Origin: Callorhinchus milii
Taxonomy: Eukaryota
Direction of reading: 5' to 3'
NCBI RefSeq assembly: GCF_018977255.1
Contig: NW_024704748.1
Span: forward strand, 20,336,001 to 20,400,000
Length of the DNA stretch: 64,000 nt
Shown: positions 37,748 to 49,549 of the stretch, one piece after another
Position numbering within the stretch: position 1 is the stretch's first letter
How the letters are laid out: each line of letters begins with the position of its first letter
The notes under the pieces: model-generated
What the model was told of the DNA's origin: nothing
The model's database searches: none
Seen by the model: the letters and a program-made list of their open reading frames with translations, nothing else
Position numbers and translations under genes: made by a program

Positions 37748-38668
37748 GTAGGTTTCATTTTGCAGTTTACTCTAGTTTGTTTTGTGGTTTTGTTATCAAT
37801 CCCTCTTTCTGTAATTTTTATATATTTTGGATTAATGTAATATTGCCTACTTAACTACATTCACTACACATCAAAGTAATTAATCATTTTAAGGCATTCT
37901 GATGTGATTTTCTTACGGTGTGGTTAATAATAATCCTTGCGTTTGATATCACGCCATATCACGTCACTGAGATGTCTCAAATCGCTTCATTGAAAAGGCA
38001 AATGTTATTCAAAGGAACACTGTAGGATAAGGTTTTAAAGCAGCGTTTGTGACAACGCACAAGATCACATCCTTTCAAAACACCCAACCTGTGGTCCTAT
38101 TATACCATCAAGCTGTTTTTTAAATGAATGCAGTATTCTTTGTCTCATTGTAGTTCTAATAATGAATTTTCAAACATTTGTTCCTATTTTATGCTGAACC
38201 GTAAAAGTGAAGCAATTAGCAACCAGAAGTCTGTTGTACTTCTCAATATCTTGCATCGGTGCAAGGCTGAGGCGAGTTCTGTGCTTGTATCTGTTCACGG
38301 TTTTAATAGACAATCTTGTATTTTTTAAAGAATTGCCATATATTTGAGACAACTGGTCACAATTATTAAGATTGGTTGCACAACCATCTTGATAATACCA
38401 AAATGGGTCCTCAAGCATTTTTGAACTGTCCATTGCACTATCCAAGGATTCTTAATTTACCACCATCTCCAATAGAGCACGGACTGATTCAGACTGCCTT
38501 TAGTGTGGCTATGAATTATGTGCTGTCGAAACCACTTTCTCAGTAGTCAGGCAGGTGGGTCTAGTTTGATTACCCATTGAACCATATTATACTTCATAAT
38601 TCATGGGAAAAACAGGACATATGACGAAGAAAACCATTTCTGTGCTCAATTCCTTTTCTTCTCTGCAG

Positions 38669-38836
38669 GAGGATGGTTTGTGTACCAGCAGAGAAATGAG
38701 GTTCACAACAACTGTGGGATTGAGATCTACTATCAGACAGACATGCAGAACACCAATGAAAATATGTTGCTGGAACTTCTCTGTCAAATCATATCGGAGC
38801 CGTGCTTCAACACATTGCGGACTAAGGAGCAGCTTG
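38669..38836 (+). CDS. IDE: IDE exon 20 ([22 protein letters not shown]...[10 protein letters not shown])
   Basis: 168 nt. Confidence 0.95.
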
Positions 38837-39151
38837 GTGTGTCATTTATCCTGTTATTCATAACAATAAAAATAATGCTAATCCTTGCATCTGATATAGT
38901 GCCTTTCATGTCGGAAGGAAACCTCAAACGACTTTACAGGGTATCGCTAAAGGGTGGTGATTGTGTTTGTGAAGATCAAGACAATGATTCGGATAGTCCT
39001 ATTTTAACAGTAATAGAACCACACAATCTTTATTTAAATATAGGAAAGGGGGGAAAATATGTACTGACAAATTTAAATATTGACTCGGTCTTAAAAAAAA
39101 GTTTGAGAGCAATTATTGAAGTGTTCCACTTACTATTTCTCCTCACGGCAG

Positions 39152-39424
39152 GTTACATTGTGTTCAGTGGTCCACGCAGAGCAAATGGTGTACAGGGTTT
39201 ACGTTTCATCATTCAGTCTGAAAAGGACCCCAGTTACCTGGAGAGCAGGATCGAGGCTTTCTTAAAAATGATGGAAAAGTCTATTGAGGAGATGCCCGAG
39301 GAAGCCTTTCAGAAACATATCCAAGCTCTGGCAATAAAGCGACTTGATAAACCCAAAAAACTCTCTGCTGAGTGTGCTAAGCACTGGAGCGAAATCATCT
39401 CCCAGCAATACAACTTTGACCGAG
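39152..39424 (+). CDS. IDE: IDE exon 21 ([24 protein letters not shown]...QQYNFDR)
   Basis: 273 nt. Confidence 0.96.
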
Positions 39425-40313
39425 GTTAGTATAAAATGCATAGTGGAAACTTGTTTAAATCTTCTTAATCCTGGTAATGTTATGAAAAGCACCCCCACCC
39501 CACCCACTTGTCTATAGGACTCGAATCGAATTTTATATAAACAAGCCCACATTATTTGTATTCTATAGTGCATCAAAAATCAGTTTCCAAAGAACATTCC
39601 TCTATGTCACTCAGTTATGCAGCCAAGAGGAGAGGAAAACAATCTTTTTCTCTGGTGACCTAGTAGAGGTGAGTTTTTTTATTGGTCAGCTGGGTGTCTG
39701 ACACATGCAGAAACCCATCACCAATCTGAGAAGTATCCAAACCAAGCTGATATTTCCATGCACCACAAATACATGCATACACATGGAAATCCCAGAGGCA
39801 GATTGTTGGAATGGAATGCGCACTCTCTCCCTGGAGGGATGCATCCTGCTTACCTATTTCCGCAAAGTATTAGGCGCAGGTTGGCAAGGCTCGGGGACCT
39901 CAGAGTGTGCGTTGGGGTACTGCTGGAGTTTAACCAGCTTAAAACCGCACAGCTTGCCATTGATGAGGTACTTAATGTGTGGGGAGCTGTAATTGTAATT
40001 GCAAACCTAATAGATCCTACCGTTGCGGAACAGCATGTTAGTACTTTGACTGGTGTGGGACTGAGCACGACTGCAATTATTTTAAAAATAACTGCTTAAA
40101 AAAAAACAGGTGTTGGGCTCTTATCAATTGAATACAGTGATTAATCACTTAAGGAATCTGTAAGACATTTCTGTTTAGTTGGGTACCTGAGGCTTTGTTG
40201 GCGTATCGAGGTAACCTGCTGCAATTGTTTGCTGAGATGGAAAGCATTAACTAATGGCCAAGCTTACTTGTTTGCGAATAAGGTATATAATAGTGCTTGT
40301 AATTTTGTTTCAG

Positions 40314-40375
40314 ATAACACTGAAGTAGCACATCTAAAGATACTGACTAAAGAGGATATAATGAATTTCTATAGA
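40314..40375 (+). CDS. IDE: IDE exon 22 (NTEVAHLKILTKEDIMNFYR)
   Basis: 62 nt. Confidence 0.93.
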
Positions 40376-41499
40376 GTAAGTCTGATCTTTTATTGCCAAA
40401 TCTCAAATTAAGTTTCTGTATAATCATGAATGTTAATTAATATTGAGGACTGTATAAAATTGATTCATAATGGAGCAAGCTTAATGTCATTACGGATTAC
40501 ATTTTGGGGAATAGTTACATCGCATTACATCACCAGCTAAACCAACCAAGATATGGTTGCATGTAGGCTGCTTATCTTTAATAAGATATGGTTTATTTTG
40601 GGGTCAAATAATACTGCAATCAAAAAACTATTAATTTAGCCCTTAAGATTGCTGAGTGAAGCACAAAGGAAAGTGTATTCAGAAACCAAGATATTGACCT
40701 CAATTTGCCCGTCCCCCCCCAAATATTATTTTAACCTACGCACTTTCCTGTCATCACTTTTTTCAACCCTATTTTCTCATCCAGCTTCTTTTAAAATTGT
40801 TTTTACATATTTTAATCTTTGGGGTTTCTAAGTAGTCAATATTTGCTGAGGTCCAAGGTTTGCTCGAAAGGAATAAATACATGTAGACCTTTGAGATTTG
40901 CAGAATAACGTATGTGATAATATGAGGATTATAATATGCAGATTTCTTTCTATAATTACATGCTGTAGTTTTCTGAAAAATCAAGTCTTGTATTTTTCTT
41001 CAGCTTTGTGCTCTTCATCGTTCTAAAGCTACCACAATCTAACAGTTGTGTAACATTTGATGCTTGAATTTATAATATATCTGACTCCTGTCATTGTTCA
41101 GAGTGAATAAATTGGCAACAGCTGTGATTATGTGTATACTTAATACATATATATATTAATGTGTGGTCAGAGCAGTCGTTTATTGTGTTAATGTAATTTT
41201 CTTATACATTGGGGCAATATTTTGTCAAAACTAAATAATGGTTTCAAATTTATTCTTGACAGGAAAGGATTTGAATTCACAATTCAGATACAAATATAGC
41301 AGATTGCACATTAATGAAAGATGAAACTATAAAATAATTTGAATTGTTACCAAGCAACATTGAACAGAGCCCATTTATATCTAAAGATATATACAACAAT
41401 GTTTAACAGTTCATATAAATTTGGAGGTTTTCCTTTAAACAACATGTTCATGTGCAGGATACAATGCTCATAATAATCTGAATCCTCCTATATTTCCAG

Positions 41500-41572
41500 A
41501 ATCTGCTGGATGTTGATGGTTCAAGGAGGCACAAGATCTCGGTACATGTTTTGTCCAGGGATATGGATTCTT
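41500..41572 (+). CDS. IDE: IDE exon 23 (NLLDVDGSRRHKISVHVLSRDMDS)
   Basis: 73 nt. Confidence 0.93.
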
Positions 41573-42526
41573 GTGAGTATTTGTGGTGGTCAGAACTGAT
41601 GATTAATAGAACATGTTGGGTTAATATCTTGCATTTAAAAATTTCTGCAACATTCAGCTATTTTCATTAGCCTGTAGCATAAAGTATGAATTTCTATTAC
41701 AGTGCAAGTTTTTTTCCCATCCAGCCTATTTGTTTATTATCCATGTAAATGTTACCTTTCTTGGCTTGATCACATGTTGCTCACCAAAGGACTGATTTGC
41801 ACACTTGCAATATATCTGGATTCTCAATTTACAAATCATTTGGAACTCTCTCACTTTAGATCCTGTTGCTTTAGGTAGTGAGTTTGTGCATGAAAGAAAA
41901 GAGGCCAAGAGAGGAGATGAATCAATATTCTAGAAACTTTGCTTTATTTGCGGGGTTTGGATAATATCTATTTAATACACTTGCCCCTTGAGAGACTGGG
42001 TTGGTTTTCCTTCGCGGTAAGCTTGTAAGCTCAAGAGTCAATTAGCCAACTTTATGACCCAATCTTTTATGTTCATGTATTGGCTGCAATAAATCCCTTT
42101 TTGTTTCAACGAATGAATGCGTGGTGTTGCCTGTCATTTAAATACCTGCAAGTCATGTCGGCATGTCACATGCTAGAAAAATGTTTCATTTTGAAAATAG
42201 TGTGTAAACCTCATTTACAGTAGAGCCAGTTTTATATCTTGTAGTATATGGCATCTGCTTTCCCTTCCCCATTTAATACTTATGAATTTGCTATTCCAGT
42301 GCCTTGGGACATCCTCCCGACTTGAAAGGTGCTATATAAATGCAATTTGTTGTTGTAAAAGGTATCACTGAGGATCTTAGTTCAATATCTGAAGTGCAAA
42401 TATTAATGACTGCATTTGAAATCAAGCTTTTCTATCCCTTGACTATTTTAGATTAATTCACATTGCTGTATGAGTAATGATTAGCTTTTTCAATTTGTTG
42501 CTGATGTCACGATTGATTTATTCTAG

Positions 42527-42594
42527 GCCCTGTTGTTGGTCAATTTCTATCTCAAAATGATGTCAATCTATCTCCTGCACCAACCTTGCCACAG
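42527..42594 (+). CDS. IDE: IDE exon 24 (PVVGQFLSQNDVNLSPAPTLPQ)
   Basis: 68 nt. Confidence 0.92.
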
Positions 42595-43496
42595 GTAAGT
42601 TAATTACATTGATATTTCTCTTATGTACATTCTATAGAAATTGTGCATTGGCTGCCATAGCCATGTGCATTTTTGGAATGAGAGAATGGTGGACCGCATT
42701 CCTATGCATCATTATGGCCAGTTACATAGCATAATTAGCAAAGGTCTGGATGAGGGCACCTCTGCCATTTCACAAGAATGAGCAGATAATTACAATTTTT
42801 AAATGCTCAAAATTTTTAAACCATCATTTTAATTCATTGGAGCACAGATAGTGATTCAAATTTTTTTTATATAAAAGAGAGACACAGGAGTTCCATCCTC
42901 ACACCTCTTTGGTGTATCCTTGCAGAATTATTTACATTATTGAAAAGTTGATACGAATCTCTCCTGCTGCTGCATACTAAATTTGCATTGTTCAGCCTGA
43001 ATGCAGTATTTGCATTTTTCCAACATTTACATTGTTCTGTTCGCTTGAGGGGAAGGTGGACCAGGTTGAAAAGTGGGACGTGCATACTAGAGAAAAAATG
43101 GGTAAAAAATTGTATTTAGTCATGGGTAGCAATAAGAATTTGTAATTAAAACCCCCAGAAAATGAAATGCCTTGTTACATTTACTACAGTAACAAGACAT
43201 TGTAAGATTATTAAAAGGCATGTGGTTAGAACTTTTTTTAAAAAAAAGCCCCATTGCTTTGTTAAACGTATAGGGTACAGGCTGAAAGAATACAAGAGTA
43301 CCTGTGTTAATAAACAAGGGCTCAAATAGCTCTGCAAAGGTGCAGCTTACTTTAATTTACATGTACGTCATTCATGTTCGTTAGCCAAAATAAATTAAAC
43401 CTATGCATTTCCTAATACTTTGATATGATTGTGTAGTCAGAATATTGCCTGTTTTTATGTCAACTGAAAAATATACCTTTTGGCTTTTTTATTTAG

Positions 43497-43592
43497 CCAC
43501 ATGTAATTGAAGACATGACTGCATTCAAACGCAGTCTACCACTCTTTCCACTGGCAAAGCCTCACATCAACTTCATGGCTGCAAAACTCTGA
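43497..43592 (+). CDS. IDE: IDE exon 25, terminal ([31 protein letters not shown]), PTS1-type AKL
   Basis: 96 nt to TGA; spliced CDS from 14739 totals 3024 nt (1007 aa). Confidence 0.95.
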   Translation, partial: PHVIEDMTAFKRSLPLFPLAKPHINFMAAKL

Positions 43593-44334
43593 GGTCGAGA
43601 ACACTGACAGAGGGCAAGAAGACCTGAATAAAAAAAGAAAAATTAAACCACATTGAGGAGGAACTTTCAAATCTAATTTCTTTTGATGAACGATTTACAG
43701 TCAGCAGTGTTCAAAGTAAAATAATTTTGTGTACTTCTGCATGTTAATGGTTCAGATAGCAGGTAGTTGAGTGGTATGGTTAGATTATTTGTCCATAAAA
43801 CTGCACATAAAATTGGAATCCTACAAAACAGTAATGTATAAACCAGTAATGTTAGACATGTGTAATATAGTTGAGGTGAAATTCTTTTGAAATAGAACAC
43901 CAGAAAATAAAATGCCTTTTATTTACTATAGTAACAAGAAATTGTAAGATTATTACAAGGCATGCGGCTAGAACATTTTTTTCTGGTGGTTATAACTAAA
44001 ATGAATACATTTTTATCTTGTAGGCAAGTTTTGTAGTTTTTACATTTTATGTGCAAACACAAGCAGTAAGATGCTGGAAACTAGTTTTTTTTGGTTTTAA
44101 ATACTTTTCGCAAAACACTCTATTCAAAATTGCAGAAAACAGTTTAAATTGTCAAATAGCTTCCAGTTTCACTTATGTTCCATCTCTTCTGTGGATAATA
44201 TTCCTCACTTTAGGATGTATATCATCTCGAAGACTGAATTGCAACATTTTGGTACAATACTGATTAAAAATGGAAGATTCTCTGGTTTGAAGAAGTAATG
44301 GTCATCAAAAGGCTGTTTTATTTAATTTTTCCTC

Positions 44335-44340
44335 AATAAA
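44335..44340 (+). terminator. Candidate IDE polyadenylation signal AATAAA (another at 43627-43632)
   Basis: Hexamer followed by U-rich sequence. Confidence 0.45.
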
Positions 44341-45968
44341 AGATACATTTTGTAACTTATTCAGTCCTTTTCCAGTTGCAGGACTTCCTTTTTCCTTTAA
44401 TTAAAATGTGTTCTAATTTAAATACTGTATTTAAAAACACTATTGGAAAAAGTACTAACTAAATCTGTTGCTCCCCTCATTCTGCTTTTGAAACCTCTAT
44501 AAATTTAGCAAGCTCCATAATGTTTTCAAATAACTTCCCATATTTCTTCTGGTGTATAAATTAATTTACAAGCTGCATTATTGCAAGCCCTGACAACAAA
44601 TTAATGATTCTGTTAGTGTGGTTTTACAATGTTACTCTTTTGTATTACTATATGCAATTTTTTCCAAGCACCATTAAGAAAATCTGAAGGAAACAGCAGA
44701 ATGTTAACTTTTCTTAATGGTGAAAAATGCATATTATTTCAGTAATTTAAAAAATCTTAGTTCTTGATCCACAAAAAAAATTACGATGAAACATTTCAAA
44801 TGTTTCACAGGTCAAGTGCTATATTGGATTTCAAAATACATTGTAATGTAGTTTCTTAATGGAAACCAATAGGTAGTGAATAATAAGATTCAAATGGATA
44901 CAATTGTTAGAAAGTAATTTGTTTAGCCTACCATAGTACACCAGTCTTTTCAGCAGTTTGCCACCTTTTACGATATTTCATTGGGTAGTGTTGGAACATT
45001 TTAGCTGTTCATATTGCTCTTAGGATTGTAATTTTACAGAATTTTGAAAGTTGGTACATAGGGGACGTTATGGGCATTATCTGCAATATAATACCATCAG
45101 AAATCGTATCTTGTTATCCATATTGAATACTTCAAAACCCTACAGAACTTCTTCCATTAGTATTAGAATTGTATCAGAATTTTATCTAAATGTGACAATT
45201 ACACACCAGATCAACCAAGCAAAACTTAAAAGCAAAAAAAACTTTATATTAAAACTAAGGTTTACAGTAGGTTCCACTATACTGTTGAAACATGTTTTTC
45301 TACATTTCCAGCATTTGTGCAGTTTGACTCAGGCATATCCATAGATTCTGTATATGAATTCTGAGGATGTAGCTTTTCCAAGCAATAAGAGCCAGAGTAT
45401 CGTTAACATTCAACACATTTTTATGGCTTGTGAATAGATGTAACCTTTTTTGTTGAATTGAGCATAAATGACTTAGACTAATTTAATTTTAAGACTTTGG
45501 TGCTGTTGATGTAGAACTGGATTCATATATATAACCAGTGTATACTGGCAGGATTTTCCTGTTTGCAATAAAAATTTTAATCATCCTCATTCCTGAAGTC
45601 CATTGTCCAGTTTTTCAACTTTGATTTTATGTACTGACAAAGACAGTTGAATGTTTTGACTGGCAATTATGGCCCACAGAAATGATGACTGTACATCTGA
45701 AACCATACTACAAAATTACCACACTGGTTTGCACTTTTAACAAGTTTGTTTTGCATCATTTTCTTAAACGAGGAACCATATTGCATCTATAAATATAATT
45801 TTACTAACTAATGAATATAAGATTTGCGCCTGTTATATCATCTTATCATTTTTATCTGGTGAAAAGATATATTGGAAATGGTTATGCATACAACTTGTCT
45901 GAGTAGGCTTAGACTCAAAGGTGATCGAGAGGAGCATTGCAAATTAACCTTTTCTCTTTGAAATTCCA

Positions 45969-46660
45969 CCACCAACAAAATTACATTTGTATAGCGCTTT
46001 TCACGTTGGGAGGATGGCCCAAGCCGCTGGACAGTCAGTGTTTCGGACCCGATTTAGGAATCAAGATCTGGGAGGGTGGCTGAAGGTACGGTCAAAGAGG
46101 AGGGTCTTGAGACAGGTCTTGAAGGAGGCGGCGAGGTGGAAGGACTGTGGGATGGAGTTCCACAGTGGGGGCAGAATGGCAGATGGTGGGACAGGGGATG
46201 TGAAGTGGGCCAGAGCCCGCTGAGTGGGAGTGGGCAGGTTGGTAGGAGGTTGCATAAATAGGGGGGAGCAAGGCCATGGAGGGCTTTGAAGATGAGGACC
46301 AGGATCTTGAATTGTATCCTGTGTGATGGGAAGCCAGTGGAGTCAGATGGGGGTGATAGGGTCATGGAGCCTGGTGTGGGAGAGAACACGGGCTGCAGAT
46401 CACCAAGTGGAAGGAGTTGGGAAGGCCAACAATTAGGTAGTTTGCGTAGTCGAGCCTGGATGTTATGAATGTGTGTATGAGGATCTCGGCGGCCTGCAGT
46501 GTGAGACAGTGGCAGAAACGGGCCATGGCATGGATGGGGGGTAGAAAGCATAGTTGAGGGTCAAACAAGATGCCAAGGTTCTTGACTGGCTTAGTAAGAT
46601 GGAGTGTGCATCCTTGAACCAACCAAGTGCACACGGAGAAAGCATTGCTGACGCATCCCC
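45969..46660 (-). mobile_element. L2 LINE 3' fragment
   Basis: AAEILIHTFITSRLDYAN and RIQFKILVLIFKALHGLAPPYL motifs. Confidence 0.88.
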
Positions 46661-46894
46661 TCAAGACACTGATTAGCTGACCCCAATGTAGTCATTGATT
46701 ACAAAAGTGCTGTGAAGGAACTGGAACTCAGACAATAGACTCCAAAAGACAATCCCTGTCACCTGCAACGGAGGCCTATGCTTCAGCTTTCCAAAAATAA
46801 ATTGAAGGCAATTATAGCCCTCAATGTTCCTGAGGGCCTCTGTGGAATGAAACTTTTGCTTTGTCAATTGCAGAATACAGAACGTTTGAAATTT

Positions 46895-47060
46895 ACAGCA
46901 CATAAGGCCATTCAGCCCATCAACTCTGTGCTGGTTCTTTGCAAAAGCAATCCATTTAGTCTCATTTATTTCATTTTCCCCACACATGGAAATTACTGAT
47001 TTTTAAGTATCTATCTCATTCCCTCTTGAAAGCTAAAATGGGTTTTGCCTCAATCACACC
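46895..47060 (-). mobile_element. Probable CR1-like 3' end fragment
   Basis: aggccattcagcccatc motif shared with 12960-13045. Confidence 0.4.
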
Positions 47061-48568
47061 TGGCGTCAGACAATCAGAAAGAAAAATTCAACCAACCCTA
47101 TCTATCTAAGTTAAAATATTTTCAAATAATTTTTTCAAATTTCAAATAATATTTCAATTTTAACCCAATTGTTTCCTGCTTGATTCTTCATTCATTTTGA
47201 AAGCATAAATGATCAGAGAAAGTAGTACTCATGAGGAAAAATTTGATTGGGATGCAAGGCTAGCCAAATGGTCTCCCTTGATTTACGAACAGTGCTTTTA
47301 CATGATTGTTAACATTCTTGTTTAAGACAATTCTGTAGAGTTCAAGAAACTACTTTTTCTACATCCTTTAAATTTGATTAATTGAAACCTGGATTCTTTT
47401 GTGAACACTGCCCATTCTTTCAGGCCCATCACACATTGGTAGTTCTTGACAAGGGATAGAGATATTATTAAATCACAGTATAGGTTGATAGGTAGTTTGG
47501 TGATGGAGTATGCTGATATGCACATTAGCACTGCAATGCAGATTAGCCCATTATACAATAATACTGATGCCATTTTATTGTAATGGTAGAAGGCTGAACG
47601 CAGAAGAACAGCACTCCTGTTCAAAATAACCTAAATTGCAGTGATAGTATATACAGTAGAGGAATTTAAATGTGTATTGCATAAGTGAAAGGATAATATT
47701 CAAACTTTTTTGCCACCAAGACTGTTTTATTTAGCTTCGATTTTTGTAGGTCTAAACTTATTCTACAAAATTTGCAAAATGTATTCCTTTTGGTATAACA
47801 TATTGATCCCCCTTTTGTATTGCACTGCATTGTGGCTGATTAATTTGTTTGGAAAATTTCTTGCATAGTATAATACAATCTTAGCTAGAAACTCAGGGAT
47901 ATGTCAAGTCAAAATTAGGCTCTATATCAAGAGAACATTGGAAAGCAAGTAACCACATGATGGTGTCATGACTGTCATTAATAATCCTTGCATTTTATTA
48001 TAGTGCCTGAACCTCAAAGTATGTGTTTCACAAGTAACTGCTGTCAAGTTTACTGACAATGTACAGGCAAAACCGTTATAACCAGTATTTTGGATCCATT
48101 CCTTCCTTGGTCCAACCACTTACTGTCGTTGGCTTCCCAAAAATACTGAAACCCACTAGACCCAAAGTACTGTATACAATCAGAAATGTGCTCAATACGT
48201 TCATACAATGCGCTCATCAAATATTATGCCAAGAAAGTCTTCTACAATTAAAACAAGTTCTCACTTTACTGCTTCAGGGCTCCAAATAAAAATGTCCAGC
48301 ACTGAAAACAAGGTGGTTGCGTGGATTGGTCTGCTGCAATGAACCAGCTGATGCATATCAAATAAGATTATTGTAGATACTCGTGGCTGTCATTGTTGCA
48401 CAAATGACTAAAGAGGGATTCCTTTTCTGTGGGTATTCAAGTTTATTTTAAGACAGCTAAAAAGATTTTAGTTAGGAAATCAAAAAAATTCTAAGTACAT
48501 CTTTCAAAGCCCAGTGCGATTCTGCCAGTGGTTTTAATTGCATTGAAGGCTTCACGCTTATTAACCAA

Positions 48569-48843
48569 TGGAGTCCTGTAGCTCAGCGAGACACCTGGGT
48601 TCAATTCCAGGCAGGGCAAAACCTTGGGGAAGTTTCCTTACGCCACACGCCTAATAATAATCCCTCCAGAAAACAAAACAATAAAAAATGGTCATTTTCA
48701 ATCCACGACTGTTTGTGGGACACTGCTGTGTGCAATTGGCTGCCAGGTTTCACCCACAAATATAGTCAATTCACTTTACAGTCTATTCTGTGAAGCACTT
48801 TGAGATATCTAGAAGACATGAAATGCAAGGATTATTATTATTG
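48569..48843 (+). mobile_element. SINE copy with an internal deletion in the tRNA head
   Basis: Shared body and tail. Confidence 0.88.
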
Positions 48844-49330
48844 TAATAACCAGTTAAGGCAACAGTAGAACACTGAAGTGCACCTTGCCATGCAATTAAG
48901 AGACGCTCCAATCAGATTATTCTTGCAAATGTAGCAATTAGGAACTCATTAGCAATTCAGTTTGTACCCAATGCACTTTTACATTTACATCATGTCATCA
49001 AGGTCCAGATTTGAAGAATTTTTCTGGTCAAATGAACCCAGTCTGTCCCCCTCTCTGGCCTTGAATTGAAGATACCAATATCATGACATTCTGTATAAGG
49101 TTGCCTAGTTTGTGGGTGACATTGTTGGCTTGTTTTGTTGGTTAGGACACTTCACATTAACCTCACCTCTGCACATTCCTCACAGCTGTACATTTACAGC
49201 AAACTCCATTACTTTAACATTTCTTTGTTCATGGATAACAAATATCTTTCACGTTCTTCCAACTTAGTAAAAACATGCAGTATAAATGCCTGGTTTAAGG
49301 GATTGAGATAATGAAACTCTCAGGGATAGA

Positions 49331-49549
49331 AACAAAAACAGAGAGAACTGGGAAAACTCAGCAGGTCAGGCAGCATCTATAGAGAATGAAAGTGAGTCAA
49401 CGTTTCGGGTCCACGACTTTCTGACGAAGTGTCGTGAACCCAAAACGTTGACTCACTTTCCTTTCTCTATAGATGCTGCCTGACCTGCTGAGTTTTCCCA
49501 GCTCTCTCTGTTTTTGTTTCAGATTCCAGCATCTGCAGTATTTTGTGTT
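49331..49549. mobile_element. Palindromic Penelope-like terminal-repeat insertion with a 14-bp target-site duplication
   Basis: CTCTCAGGGATAGA at 49317-49330 and 49550-49563; inverted arms of about 90 bp. Confidence 0.8.

Noticed and set aside
39850-40070. GC-richer segment in IDE intron 21 as a possible ncRNA or exon
   Set aside because: No convincing snoRNA box pair, hairpin or splice-site pair was found by eye
43590-43600. Stop-codon readthrough of IDE
   Set aside because: The context is TGA-GGTC, not the TGA-CTAG readthrough motif, and AKL already sits at the terminus
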